A stretch of 64,000 bases of DNA from Cycas panzhihuaensis (taxonomy: Eukaryota > Plantae > Cycadophyta). The stretch's first letter is position 1; each line of letters opens with the position of its first letter. The stretch lies in the NCBI GenBank assembly GCA_023213395.1, contig CM041465.1, positions 125,495,741 through 125,559,740 on the forward strand, read 5' to 3'. Shown piece after piece: positions 10,247 through 23,200 of this stretch. Below the pieces are notes generated by a model that worked only from the letters and a program-made list of their open reading frames with translations, had not been told where the DNA came from and ran no database searches. A program made the translations under genes and the position numbers.

Positions 10247-13200
10247 ATGTCTGCCATAATAATGCTCAATGCAAGTCACATCAAATTGAATGGACTAGAA
10301 AACTTTCAAGACTAAAAGAAACAAGCTAAAAATTTGTTGATTATGAATGAACTTTGGGGTATTGTATGTGGAAGAATCCCCAAACCTATTGACCATATTC
10401 TTATTGTTGCATGGGAAGCTAAAGACAAAATTTCCTTAGCTTTCTTACACATGACTATTCATAATCTTGTGGATCAGAATATTGCTAGTGCTGCTACTTC
10501 TAACAATGCATGGGACACATCATTATCTTTGTATGAATGACAAGACGATGCTCACTTTGCAATGTCCAAAGCAAAATTGTTTACAATTAAGTATGTTGAG
10601 CCAATGATACCCTTTTTATTTAATATTAAAGAAATAAACAATCACTTAACAGCTTTCAGCAATCCTACATTAGATGAAGACCTTATTACTGCCATTATTC
10701 ATGCTTTACCAAGGGAGTACAATGGTTTCATCTCCTCCATCATAAGAGGAGGCACTTTGGGCACTAAGAACTTCAACCAATTGGAAAGTCTCTTATTGTG
10801 AGAGGAGCAAATCTACTCTCGACAAGAAGGAACGACTTCTGGGGCATTTACTGCTAAGTATAAAGGAAAACAACATATGGCTCCCAAATAGAACTTTCAA
10901 AAGCAGTTTGGGAACCTCGACATTAGAGCTTCAAAAACCAAAACAATTGTATGCCATTATTATGACAAGGCTGGCCACATTCAACTTGAATGTGGGAAGA
11001 AGCAATTCGACTTGTAACAACTGCATCAGCAATCATAGCTGCAACTGCAATAGTAGTTGAGACAACAACATTAGCAATAACACCCATGAAGACCAAATCA
11101 AGGTGCATTTCAAGTAGGTCGATGTGGCAATTAGAGGGGGGCCATTCAAAGGTGGCTATCAAAGCCACGCAAATCAATATTTTGATAAAAAAATGTTTTG
11201 TGCATTTGACAATAGCAACAGTGGCAACACTTGGATTGTTGACTCAGGTGCATCCCTTCATACGACTAGAGATGTTGATTTATTGTATGATGCTAATGAA
11301 AACAAAGGTCAAATTGTTACCTTTGGTAACAATCAAACAATTCAAATATCAAGTGTTGGAAAAATTACTTCCTTCCACACTTTAGATGACCTTGCTCATA
11401 CATTTCCAACTAGTGATGCCTTTTTGGTTCATTCAATGCCAAAAAAATTATTATTTGTTAGTCAACCTAACAAGCAACAAATGAGCATATTGTTTAAGAA
11501 TGGGAAATGTACAATTAGTGATAAACATGATCAAGTGATTGATATTGGTCATGAAGACCATGGACTCTACAAACTAGATGCATCATAAGCAACACTTGAC
11601 GATTCACAAGCTTATTTCACTCAGCCCTTGACTAAGGATAAATTAGGGCACAACAGACTAGATCATTTGAACCCAGAGAGCACCAAACTGATGTTCAGGA
11701 AAAACATGGTGTTCAACTTACCAAAAATTTCATGAGTGAGTGCCTTTGTGAGGCGTGTATCATGGGAAAATAGCACAGAGAGCCTTTTCAAAAAGGCAAA
11801 GCAATGTGGGCTACATAACTATTGCAATTGGTTCATATAGATATTTGTAAACCCATGTCCACACAATCTTTCAAAGGAGCATCTTAGTACATCACCTTCA
11901 TTGACAACCTCTCTCATAAAGTTTGGGTGTATTGGCTTAAGTACAAATTTGAGGCATTGACAAAATTTAAAGAATTTAAACTTGCAGTAGAGAAGGAATC
12001 AAACATGCAAATTAAAATCTTACATTCTAATAATGGAGGTGAATTCATTTCAAAAGAATTCAACCAACTCTACATCAATCATGGCATCAAACGACAACTC
12101 ACTACTCTATACACACCACAACAAAATGGGGTAGTAGAGAGGATGAATAGGACATTGGCAAGCAAAGCCAAAGCAATGATGCATGCTAAAGACCTCCCAT
12201 CGACCTATTAGATAGAAGCACTTCATACAATTGCTTATGTCACCAATAGACGCTCCACAATAACAGTATAGGATATGACACCAGAGGAAGCTTAGACTAA
12301 CAAGAAACCAACTGTCAGCCACTTATGCACATTCAGGTGCATAACCTACATGCATGTTCCCCATCAACAAAGGCAAAAATTAGATAACAAAAATCTAAAA
12401 TGCATATTCATTGGTTATGCAGTGGAAGCAAAGCATACAGAGTTTATGATCCTATTGGAAGAAAAATGCATGTAACCAGATATGTAATCTTTGCTAAAGA
12501 TAATGAGGAAATGGACTTAGCATCCATCTATATTCCTCTTAACAAAGGAAAAGAGACTGTTGAGGACTTCCTTCCCTCTCAATCATCAACACCATGTACA
12601 TCTTCTACACCTTTGTCCACATCAACTCCTTACCTACTTCATCAATTGCTCTTGATCCTGGCAATCTTTCTGACATTGAACAACCTTTGCATGCTTAGGG
12701 CATTGAGGTAACAACTACATCAATGAAGAAGCTACCTAAATGGTACACTCAAATAATTAAAAGAAAATGTCCATAAAAAATGAGGCAGCAAATTGTTAAT
12801 TATGCACTTATGGCTAAAATGTTTTATATTGATGGGCCTTCTACTTTTGAGGAGATATGTACAGATAAAAAGTGGAATGCTGCCATGGATGATGAAATCC
12901 ATTCTATTGAAAAAAATGGAACTTGGGATTTGGTTGAATTGCCTAAAGAAAAATAAACAATTAGCTACAAATGAATTTATAAAATCAGATTCCAATCTGA
13001 TGGTTCAATCGAGCGTCGCAAGGCTCGACTAGTGGCTAAAGGATTTAAACAAAAGGAGGACATAGATTATGATGAAACCTTTGCACCAGTTACAAACACG
13101 AATACTGTTAGACTGATATTGGCCTTAGTTGCACAATGTAAATGGCCCATATATCAAATGGACACGAAGAGCGCCTTTCTCAACAGTGATCTTACAAAGT

Positions 13201-14352
13201 AGTTATATTTGGAGCAACCTCCTAGTTACAAAACACATGGCAATGAACATTTGGCCTGTCACCTTAAAAAGGCTTTATATGGCTTGAAACAAGCACCATG
13301 TGCATGGTATTCAAAAATCGATGACTACTTTTTTAGACATGGGTTTCATCGATCCTCATCAAACCCAAACTTGTACATAAAAATTCAGGACTAGCACATC
13401 ACCTTTGTCATATTATATGTTAATGACTTAGTTATCATTGAAAGTGATACTAAGATGATAGAAAATCTCCAAGAAGACCTAAAAAGGAGTTTCAAAATGA
13501 CTAATCTGGGACTTCTCCACTATTTTTTAAGCATAGAGGTGTGAGAATAGTGAGGCAACATCTTCATTTTCCAAGCAAAATACACTTGGGACATATTACA
13601 GTGCTTCAGAATGGAGGACTATAAACCATCACCTACACCTATGGAGAGTGGTGTCAAATTGACACTTGACGAGGAAGCACAACTCGTGGATTCCACAGTT
13701 TACAGGCAACTAGTGGGTAGTCTCATCTACTTGACTAACACTAGACTTGACTTATCATTTGCAGTTAGGATATGTTCAAGGTACATGTCATTGGATTGCG
13801 ACAAAATGTATACTGAGATACATTAAAGACATATTCCAACATACCCTTTAGTATACACACAATGAGGACTTCACACTAAAAGGATTCTCAGACTTTGATT
13901 AGACAGGTTGTCAAGATAGTCGAAGATCCACCTCAAGGTACTATATAAACCTTGGGTCAACTCTTATCTCATGGAGTTGCAAGAAGCAAAAAAATGTTAC
14001 TCTATCCTCTACAGAAGCAGAATACAAAGATACGGTAAGTGTAGCATGTGAAGTTATATGGCTAAGGAGGATTCTTAACGAGCTTGGACTTGAGCAATCT
14101 CACCCCACTAAATTATATTGTGATAATCAAAGTGTGCTCAAGATGACTAAGAATCTGGTTTTTCATATAAGAACCAAGCATATTAAGGCCCATCACCACT
14201 TCATCAGGAAGCATGTGTAGAACAGTGAAATCAACCTTGCCTATAGGCCAACAAATTAACAATTGTCATATATCTTTACCAAACCACTTAGTACAAAAAA
14301 TTTTGAGTATTTCATAGATAGCCTTGGAGTAAAACTTAACAATGTAAATATT
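10247..14352 (+). pseudogene. gag-pol: Copia gag-pol of element 3, heavily decayed, related to element 2
   Basis: MSAIIMLNA..., [64 protein letters not shown]; many C>T/G>A-type stops. Confidence 0.92.
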
Positions 14353-14364
14353 AAGAGGGGGGGG

Positions 14365-14825
14365 TGTAGAACCTTTATGTTCTATTGTTAAGTTATGTAT
14401 TATGTAATATTACTTTATCACTTAAATGTATAAAGTACACACACACACACTTCTCTAGTGTGTGTAATGTTGTAACTTATGGGTCTATGGACCCTTCACA
14501 CTTCTATTTGCATATATGCATACATGATGGACAAATGTCCTTCATGCAATGGACTTATGCGCATGTTTGCCACTTGTCAAATATGTAGCACCCTAAAGGG
14601 CATCCTCCCCACATATATATTGAGACCATTTTCTCATGTATAGTAAGAAAGTATGAGATGTATCGTTATGTTATTATTTTGAATACAAGTCAATCTTGTT
14701 GGAGTTAGGATTAATTCCTCTTCCATTTGCTAGTGTGCCTATGTACTTGCTTATTTGTTGCTATTCATTAATGTTAATCATCTAACCGTTGTCCTTCATT
14801 GTCCTTATAGGATCTCATTTCCACA
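14365..14825 (+). repeat. 3' LTR of Copia element 3
   Basis: Starts TG directly after the PPT. The right end (TTTCCACA) is inferred from similarity to the element 2 LTR end. Confidence 0.7.
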
Positions 14826-14873
14826 TATTCAAAGGTGTTCATCCCTATGTGATTAAATTTAATTAATCATACT

Positions 14874-16672
14874 TGTAAGCTGTGCCCATTAGCCCAAAAT
14901 GTCAAATGACTGGTATGGCAATTTGAAAAGCAATTTACAAACTTTCACAGTTTCCTTCATAACTTTCTAGTTAATTGACAGAATTTTGTTAAATCAGTCT
15001 CATCAGAATCATAATAAAAGCATCTTAACACCTGGACAAGTGGAGATGATTAAAAGGCTCTCTTCATTACAATATTCTAGGGAAATGAAGTAGTGGCAAT
15101 TAACAGTTAGGACTGGAAGCCATTCTTGGCAACCACTATGTGCAATATTCTAGCCACTAAGGCCCATAACTTCCACCCAATATTAATGACATTTGGGAAG
15201 ACAACTGAAGGGAGGAAAAAGAAGAACCCAAAGGGGTAGAAGACATAGAAGGGATGAGAGGAAATTTTTCAAGGAAGCAAAGAAGAGGGTTGCAGAGAGC
15301 TAGAGCCAAGAGAAATAGGGGTATTTTAGAGAGCACTTTTGGGCATTTTTGTGCAAGAAGATTGATAAGGAACAAACTAAATTTTAGACCAAAAGCTTGC
15401 TAGAACTTGTGTGTTGGTTGCACACTATTGGTGAACTATTTCAATCTTGTAAAAAGGCATGCTTGGTGAATTTCAAAGTCTTGTGGATGAGTTGCAATAG
15501 TAATCCCTTTGGACTGTTATTATTAAGTGCAAAATCTTTTATGAGGTAGGGTATTGAGCTAATTGCTTTCCTATACTTTGTTATTGCATGATATTATGCA
15601 AGGTAGCTAAGTGGTTGCTCCTACTTGTTGATTATATTGTGATCAAGGTAGTTGAGCAATTGCTCCTCCTTAATGACTAGTTGAGCAAGGATTCTGAGTT
15701 GGTTGCTCTTCCTGAGCTCTTTATATGCAAGGTGTTGAGTCGGTTGTTCCACCTACAAGTTACTTATATGCATGGTGTTGAGTCTGTTGCTCCACCTGCA
15801 AGTTGTTTAAATGCAAGGGTTTGAATTAGATGCTCCCCTTAGGTTGATGGCACCCTATAAGTTCTTGATAGGTATGTGGCACAACAAGGCAACCATTTGA
15901 TATTAGATTTGCAAGGATCCCCAAGTGACTTAACATTCCCGGCCTATTAGAAAAACAAGCATGGCTTGAGAAGAAACACATGTTTTTATATGATACTAAT
16001 ATTGTTTTAAGCAAAGGAATACTTAAATGCAGTAGCAATAGTTTTGAGGCAACTTCTCTTACTGTAAAGTTCTATATAAAAAGAGCTCTGAGGCATCTAT
16101 TGACGGCAAAACTTGGATAAGGGTTGTGTGAAGAGTGGATAACCAATATTCCTACATTCATATCATGTGCTTTAGCTCAAGGCATATTCCTTTTATGGGA
16201 TTGTAATTGGTTAGATTGGAGAATCCTTCAGTTGCAATCTGGTTGGCTAGCTTCATATTCTTGTCACATTACAAAGTTCTTGACTTTATGTTGTGAAACA
16301 TTGTATATGATGGTATACTCTTGCTTGGATATTTTGTTGGGTTTATTATGATAGCATACTCTTGCTTGAACATTTTCTTGGGTTTATTATGACTCTTGCT
16401 TGAATACTTGTCTATGTTTATTTGCATCGCTTACATGATCTTTAGTTGAAGAGAAAAGAGAACTTGTATATATTTATCAAGTGCCTCTGTGTCTTGAGTT
16501 TACATATATCCTTGGGTGTTTATTCCATTGTGCATCACTCACGTAAAAGCCTTTGTAAATTCAAGATCAGTATACAATCGGGTGCTAGTTTTGCTGGAAA
16601 ATATTTATTCCATCACCATTGGGTCATATTCACATTGCCTGCAAGCTTGTTAGGGTAGGTTGGGTTGTAACA
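14874..16672. mobile_element. Probable Gypsy-type solo LTR (about 1.8 kb)
   Basis: TGTAAG...GGGTTGTAACA termini, no coding remnants, internal tandem array. TSD is only approximate (CATAC/CATTC). Confidence 0.5.
15545..15845 (+). repeat. About 7 tandem copies of a ~41-46 bp unit (GCAAGGTGTTGAG...TTGCTCCACCT), each a potential hairpin
   Basis: Units read directly from the sequence. Confidence 0.8.
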
Positions 16673-18399
16673 CATTCACTATTTTCCAAGCATTTTTAGC
16701 TATTAGAATACTCGTCATTTTAACTTTCTAGGTGTTGTTATTGTCTCTGTTTAGCTTGTCTTATTATGGAAGGGAATAAATGACAACCATATCTCAAAAG
16801 TATTGAATGAAAATTTTATGCAACAAGAGACGTGTTTCTAGAGGACAAAAGGTTAGGTCCTTCTAAAGTCACAAAAAAAAAAGTTTTATTTTATTTATTT
16901 ATTCCCCTTTTGATTACAATATTGTAATAAAGAATTTCTTTTACAAATGTTTGGAACAAGGAAGAAATAACACTCCTTAATTTTATAGGGCAAGATGTTT
17001 CTACTAGTGTAGAGCCCTTTTTGCGCCTGTAATTTAGCTCTTCAAGAGATTGCAAAGATTGGTAGCTACATTGTTGAATGTTGATCGGGACCAACCATGG
17101 ATGTGCAGATCTACACAATCACACTTCAACAAGGAGTTTTAATTAGAGTTCAACACAAGTTGAAATCACTTTGTTCTCTTTTTGAGATGACTCTAGTAAA
17201 TCTAAGCGCACAACAATGATACAACATTGTTGCATTCAGTCACAGATGAGAGAGGAAATGACTGAAAGCTGGAAATTCCAACTTGTGATTGAATGCCAAT
17301 CATTGGGTTTAGACTGTACTAGGCCAAGGGGACTTCTGTTTGTTCTGCAGTAATAACCCAGTCAGGATTTGAAGAGAGGACCGCCACTAGTCAGTTCTTC
17401 CATAAGGTTTGATAAGAGAAGCACTTTGTAGTTTAGTGAACACAGCCCCTGCTTTCTGAGCAAAAAGTCATAGACTTGATGAGCAATCTGCCATGAAGAA
17501 TCCAGTCAGAGCTTCGAATGTTGGCCCACAACTCATGAAAGGAGGTGTTTGCCACAATTTGAAAAAACAAACCTCTTTTCAAACAGTCATTTATGAATAC
17601 ACTCATGACTGGGAATGACATGACCCTTCACGAACTGCGCTCATGAGTGGAGGGTGCTGACGATTTAAAGGGGAAATGCAAACCTAGGTTACATGATGGT
17701 CAATAACTAACGAATTCAAGCCACCAAACTAACAATTGCCAAAAGATGATTGATTTTGGGTTTTGACTTTAGATGGTGAACCCCCTTTAGTAAATTGCAG
17801 CAAATCGATTTGATAATAAACAAAGAACTTGAGTGAACCCTTCTTTTCAAGCCTCCACCTAGTGGTCCCTTCAAAACTTGATTCAAAAGAGATGCATAGC
17901 CCAGTTTGATACCATGTAGACACTCAGAGACAGACAAACCTCGAAAGCACAAGCTCGTCAATGAATGCTCTCTCACTTCTTCATTGATTATTAATGAGGA
18001 TGTATAATACATATATATGAAAAGAATGTCAAGCATGCATAACAAGTGTACAACATGCAGAACTTGCTAATAAGTGGCCTATGGCACAAATAGAAAGAAT
18101 CCTATGATACAAAAATAGCAAGAAAAAAATAGAATCAAGCATTGTGCTTAACAAAACATTCCTTGTCATATTGGTATTCGTGTGTAAAGCTCATGCATAA
18201 AACTTAGTTTCAAGCATGGCAAGCCATTGATGCGGGTCTAGATACCCATCAAATTTATACATGGGGGCTTATCCTCAGTGTCAAATTTATTGGGCCCTAT
18301 CTCCAATATTTGAACATTTCTTTGTCGATGCATGGAGGGCTATTTTAGCATGAGGAAGATAGGTTATGGCAGGGCATTTTAAGATTAGGCAACATGGAG

Positions 18400-18700
18400 A
18401 GAAACATAATAATGAGAAAGGAACAGAATAGAACAGGGCATGCAAAACAACATAGAACAGTGGGGACGTGACAGGATCAGAACAAGATGAAACAGTGGAA
18501 CAAAATGGGACAATAGAACAGTAGTATAGAGTGGAACAGAATGGAATGGAATGAAATTGAGTGGAACAGCACGAAACAGTACAAATCAACATAGCATGAT
18601 AAGAAACAAAGCAGCATGGAACAAAATGACAGAAACAAAACAGCATGGAATGGTGGTCAAAATGGCTAGAATAGTTCTGACGTGACAGACTGAAACCTAG
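18400..18700. repeat. Degenerate pentamer-based simple repeat (GGAAC/AGAAT/GGAAT-like)
   Basis: Runs such as gaacagaatagaacag and ggaacagaatggaatggaatg. Confidence 0.65.
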
Positions 18701-20242
18701 CATTCTAAAACAGTGGAGAATTGTTTTTTGGAATGATAACAAGCTTTCCATCCTCGACAAGAATGGCTTAGGCAACAAGAAAAAGCAACAAAACTGAGAA
18801 AAAATGCAAAAAACAAAAAAACAAAAAACAGCAAAGCACAGAAGACAGTTGGACAGAAGCTAGCAAAGGAAAAATACTAAGCAAAAAACATTGCAACAAC
18901 TCTAATATGGCTTGCAGTGGCCCAACGCTACATCAAAACAGAAGAATAACAAATGACACCAAATAGTAGTAAATAATGTCACATAGAGATGAACGCAGAG
19001 GTGTTGGGTGTCCCTGTCACCTGTAACAGCCAAGGGAGAACCTGTCTCCTAGTATCCAAATACCAAAGTACAGATAATGAAGAAAGAATAATGCAAATGA
19101 TGCCTTCCCATGGCTTACTCATCCTATAAATATGTTCTCCTCATCAAATAGGTGCAGTCTACTTCCTAGCCAAGTTTGGTCCCAACACATAGGTAGGAAG
19201 GTTGTTTATGGCAACCTAACCATGCAACAAGACAGGAAAACTGTAACATTACAATTCAGGGCCAAGCAACAGCTGCTGCAGTTGAACATGATCTCCAACT
19301 TGCTGATTTCCAAGATAGATACTAGATACAATGAAAACAGCTTTCAATACAACATTCAATTAAAGTTCATTGTATAGATAAAGAGGAGACTGTTGGCAGT
19401 CTAATTTTGCAACACTTAAAAGGATGCATTCTGGACTCTTACTGAATGAGCAGAATTAAGATACAAGGATACCAACATTGGAGAAGATTACATTGTTGAT
19501 TTTAGCTATACGCTTCTGGCAGAACTATTTTAAGATTATTTTACTTTTTGAATCACCCTGGAAAGATCAAGGATGCAAATTGGGACTACACACAAATTAA
19601 ATAAGTGTGGCAAGGTAAATTTCCTTCAACAATTGATGTGGACTGTCAACTTCTACATGTTGATAGTTTTTTCTGTGAAAATTGCAATGGGAATTCTGTT
19701 CGGCCAGCTACTGATGGTATAAATGCAAACAGATAACTAATATGTGCCAAAACTAGTAAAGACCTGCATTTTTCTCCAGCAAATCAATGCTTGAGCCAAA
19801 ACAGAAACAATGTAGCTAAACAGAATAAAAACGACAAGATCACATCTTCCGTAACGTTAAAAATGCCTAGGCACAAATCTGTTATTGGGACCAAGCTTAG
19901 GATGAAGCACAAATATTCCTGAGCATAGAACCTCGAACAAATGTCCTTTGAAGCAGTTAGAGAATGGTCAAGGAATCTGAGGAAGACCTCTTCAAATATT
20001 TGGATCTCCCTATCAACACTTACAAAGAGAGCAAGTGTAGAAATGAATGCTAAGCCGACAAATTGCTTCTGTAACAAGGATTGCACACATGATTAAAACT
20101 GTAATAGGAATCATTCCAGCAAAATAAATTTTCAAATGTGGCAATGCAATGCAATGTCTGGGCACAAACAAGACAAAAAATGCAGGAATAGAAGCAACCA
20201 AAAGCTCATTAAACAAATGGAACATGGTAGAAGGAAACTCTC

Positions 20243-23200
20243 TGATGAGTAGTCATAAAGTATTCTTTATTCCTTTCTTATTTTTTCCTTGTTCTTTAAT
20301 GCACAAATAATAGATAGAGCATGCAATGCATGGACTACAAGTGTCTGTCATGCGGATCTCTCACTCATGTATTTATACTTGAAGGATTCAATGGAATACT
20401 CACTTTGGAGTCTTGCATTCCTCTCTCTCTCTCCCCTCTTCATGTCCTCAGCATTTTGGTATCAGAGCCCAGTTTCAACTCCTAACCCCCTTTGAGTCTC
20501 TCCCATTTCTCTTGCAATACTGTGGAATCTCCATTTGTGACGTTGGTTGCTCCTTCATTGTTAGGCGGCTTTTTGTTTTACTACAGTCATTTTCTCTGAG
20601 AGGCAGCTCCTGCATATTGCTCTTGGCATCTGATCCATCTTGCATGAAGGCTCCTTGTGGCTCTGTCCACTGCTTAGGCGCTCACTCATTTGTCTGGCAG
20701 CTCTGACATACACTCGACGGCTCCCTCTATTCCTATGGCGAAAGTCCTGGCGTCTCTTGTCCTTTGGACCTCTTCTGCTCTGCATTGTAAGCTCCTACAA
20801 GCGCTCCAAATCTGGCAACTAACACTCTTGTTGGCAATTCTGTGTGCGGTTCGTAATCTCGCAGCGTAACATCGGTAGCATGTCTAGCTCCATAGCAGCC
20901 CCTACAACTGTTATTTAATGTAAAGTTGAGGATCCCTCAATGAAAACCAAAAAAAAAAAATGGCAATCACCACCACTCAAAATCCATGAAGAATTTGACT
21001 TGGTCAATTATTTGGTGAGGTACACCTAAGTATTAAACATAGGCCTATACATTGAGGGATATTCGCAAAAATATTCCAATTTTAATCTTTGTAGCTATTT
21101 AAAGTTTGTTTTCCATTGTCTTTCTTTTGAAAACCATTGTTTTAGTATATGATTATATCGTTGAACAATAAGAGAGGTCATGAGCATATTTTATTGAATC
21201 ATTTTAGTATATAGTATATTAAGAGAGGTCATGAGCATACGACTGTAAGCCCTTCATAGGCAAGTGTACCTCAACCACTTTGAGTATCATTCTATATTCT
21301 ATGGGCATATTGCCATAAGCCCTTCCTAGGTAGGCGCACCCCGCCAATTGTCTCGTGACCAAGAAGAATAGTCTCACCCGGAACTCTCGGAGCTTCTCGC
21401 ACAAGAGCTACGGCAACATAGGCAAGATTCACAAACCTTTAAACAAAACTTAGTCAACAACATGATGGCTATGTTCCAACAATTGCTCCACCAACAAACT
21501 CCTATGGCAATTCCTCTATAGCAACCACAATTCAAATTAGATGCCAAATTTTCCATTCCACTTTTTGATGGAATGCTGAATGCAAATAAGTTAGATGATT
21601 AGCTTCGAAGCTTGGAAGCTTACTTCAAAACTCAACAACTAATTGAGTAACAAAAACCCATGGTAGCCAAGATGTGTATCGCAAAACAAGCTTTGATGTG
21701 GTGGCAAGCCTATTCTAGACAACAACCAATTTTTACTTGGAATGACTTCACAATAGCCATTAAAGGGCATTTTTACCCACTTGGGTATCTTGATAACCTC
21801 ACAAAACATTGGTTATACATCAGGCAACTACCCGGACAATATGTTCAACAATACATTGATGAATTCTTAAAGCTCTACATTAGGTTGGAAGTTAGTGACC
21901 CCAACCATATATCGAAACTAAAATCATTGGAGGATTGTACTCATATCTCTAATAGAAGATGGAATTACTTCAAATTCCAACATTAGAAGCGGCCTTCCAA
22001 CTTGCCCTCAAAATAGAAGTAAAGATGCAAAAACAACCCAAGCCATTCACTGGACCTTCCACTACAACTTCTTCCTCTAAAACACAACCGACACCATGCA
22101 CACAATGGCCAACAAGTAACATAAGAAAGTATTGTTCCTTCCACAAGTGTACAGGAGACACAAAGATGTTGAATGCAGAGCCCAACAAAAAACAAGGACA
22201 CTCATGGTAGAGCCACAAGACAAACAAACATAGTCGAAATTCATCCCTCTCGTCGATCCAGAAACACTTGATCCAAATCTAGTACCCATGGGCAAAGAAT
22301 ACTCAACACACAATTAGGAAAAGCTATTCACTCACAACTATCAAATTAAAGATCGAACAATGCTCTACATCATAGATAATGACAGTATGAAAATTTTGAT
22401 TTCCAAAGCACTTGTGGATACTCTACCGCTGCCCACCAAGCCACACCCTTGGTTGGGTCATTGCCAGTGGGCAACCTATTGTCATCGACCACATATGCAC
22501 TATTATTTTCGCCATCCCACCACTCATAGATATCGTTGATTATGATGTGACTCCTATGAACTATAGCAATTTACTACTTTGCCAACCTTATCAACATGAT
22601 CGTTGGACCCTCTATGATAGATATCTTAATACCTACATAATACATAAGGATGGCAAGGCATACAAACTAATCGCAGCAACTACGCCGCCCATGACTATGA
22701 CCTTCGTCACAGGCAATCAAGCAACCGAGCTAGTCAGCACCTCCAAATCCATGGCTCTTTATGTCATTTGTCAAGTAGAAACAGGTAATTGTAATAAAAT
22801 TTCACCAGCAGCAATAAAAACTATTTTAGATACACATGCCAATGTGTTTAACAAACCAAAGGGACTCCCTCCCCTGTGAGCAATTCAGCATACTATTGAT
22901 CTTTTGCCTAGCGCATCATTATCCAATCAAGCCCCATATAGAGCCAGTCCTATTACTAAAGCAAATTTCAAAAGACAACTTGTACAATTAATAGATGAAG
23001 GAAAAATACAACCAAGTTGCTCTCCTTGAAGTTCTCTGACAATTCTAATACCCAGGAAAGATAACGATTGGCGAATGTGTATTGACTACAGGGCTCTCAA
23101 TAAAATAACAGTAAAAAACAGGCACTCGCTGCCATGCATAGACAACCTGCTCGATTAGCTTCAAGGAGCTAAATACTTCTCGAAAATTGATTTGGCCTCC

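Larger units (their letters stand above)
1520..14825 (+). mobile_element. Ty1/Copia element 3 (older, decayed); its leader is interrupted by element 2 and probably element 1
   Basis: 1520-1869 resembles the element 2 leader and continues at 9642. gag ATG at 10247, PR-IN-RT-RH remnants to about 14350, PPT AAGAGGGGGGGG 14353-14364, 3' LTR from 14365. Confidence 0.85.

Noticed and set aside
15545-15845. CRISPR array
   Set aside because: Repeats are degenerate, linkers are short and related, there are no cas genes, and the context is a eukaryotic LTR.
17900-17916. PBS-like TGGTATCAAAC on the minus strand
   Set aside because: No supportable LTR partner or gag downstream; probably chance.
18287-18778. 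163-aa Cys/Ser-rich ORF
   Set aside because: It is a translation of the degenerate pentamer repeat.
20909-21168. Possible small TG...CA solo LTR inside the Gypsy leader
   Set aside because: No matching TSD (ACAAC vs ATAAG).
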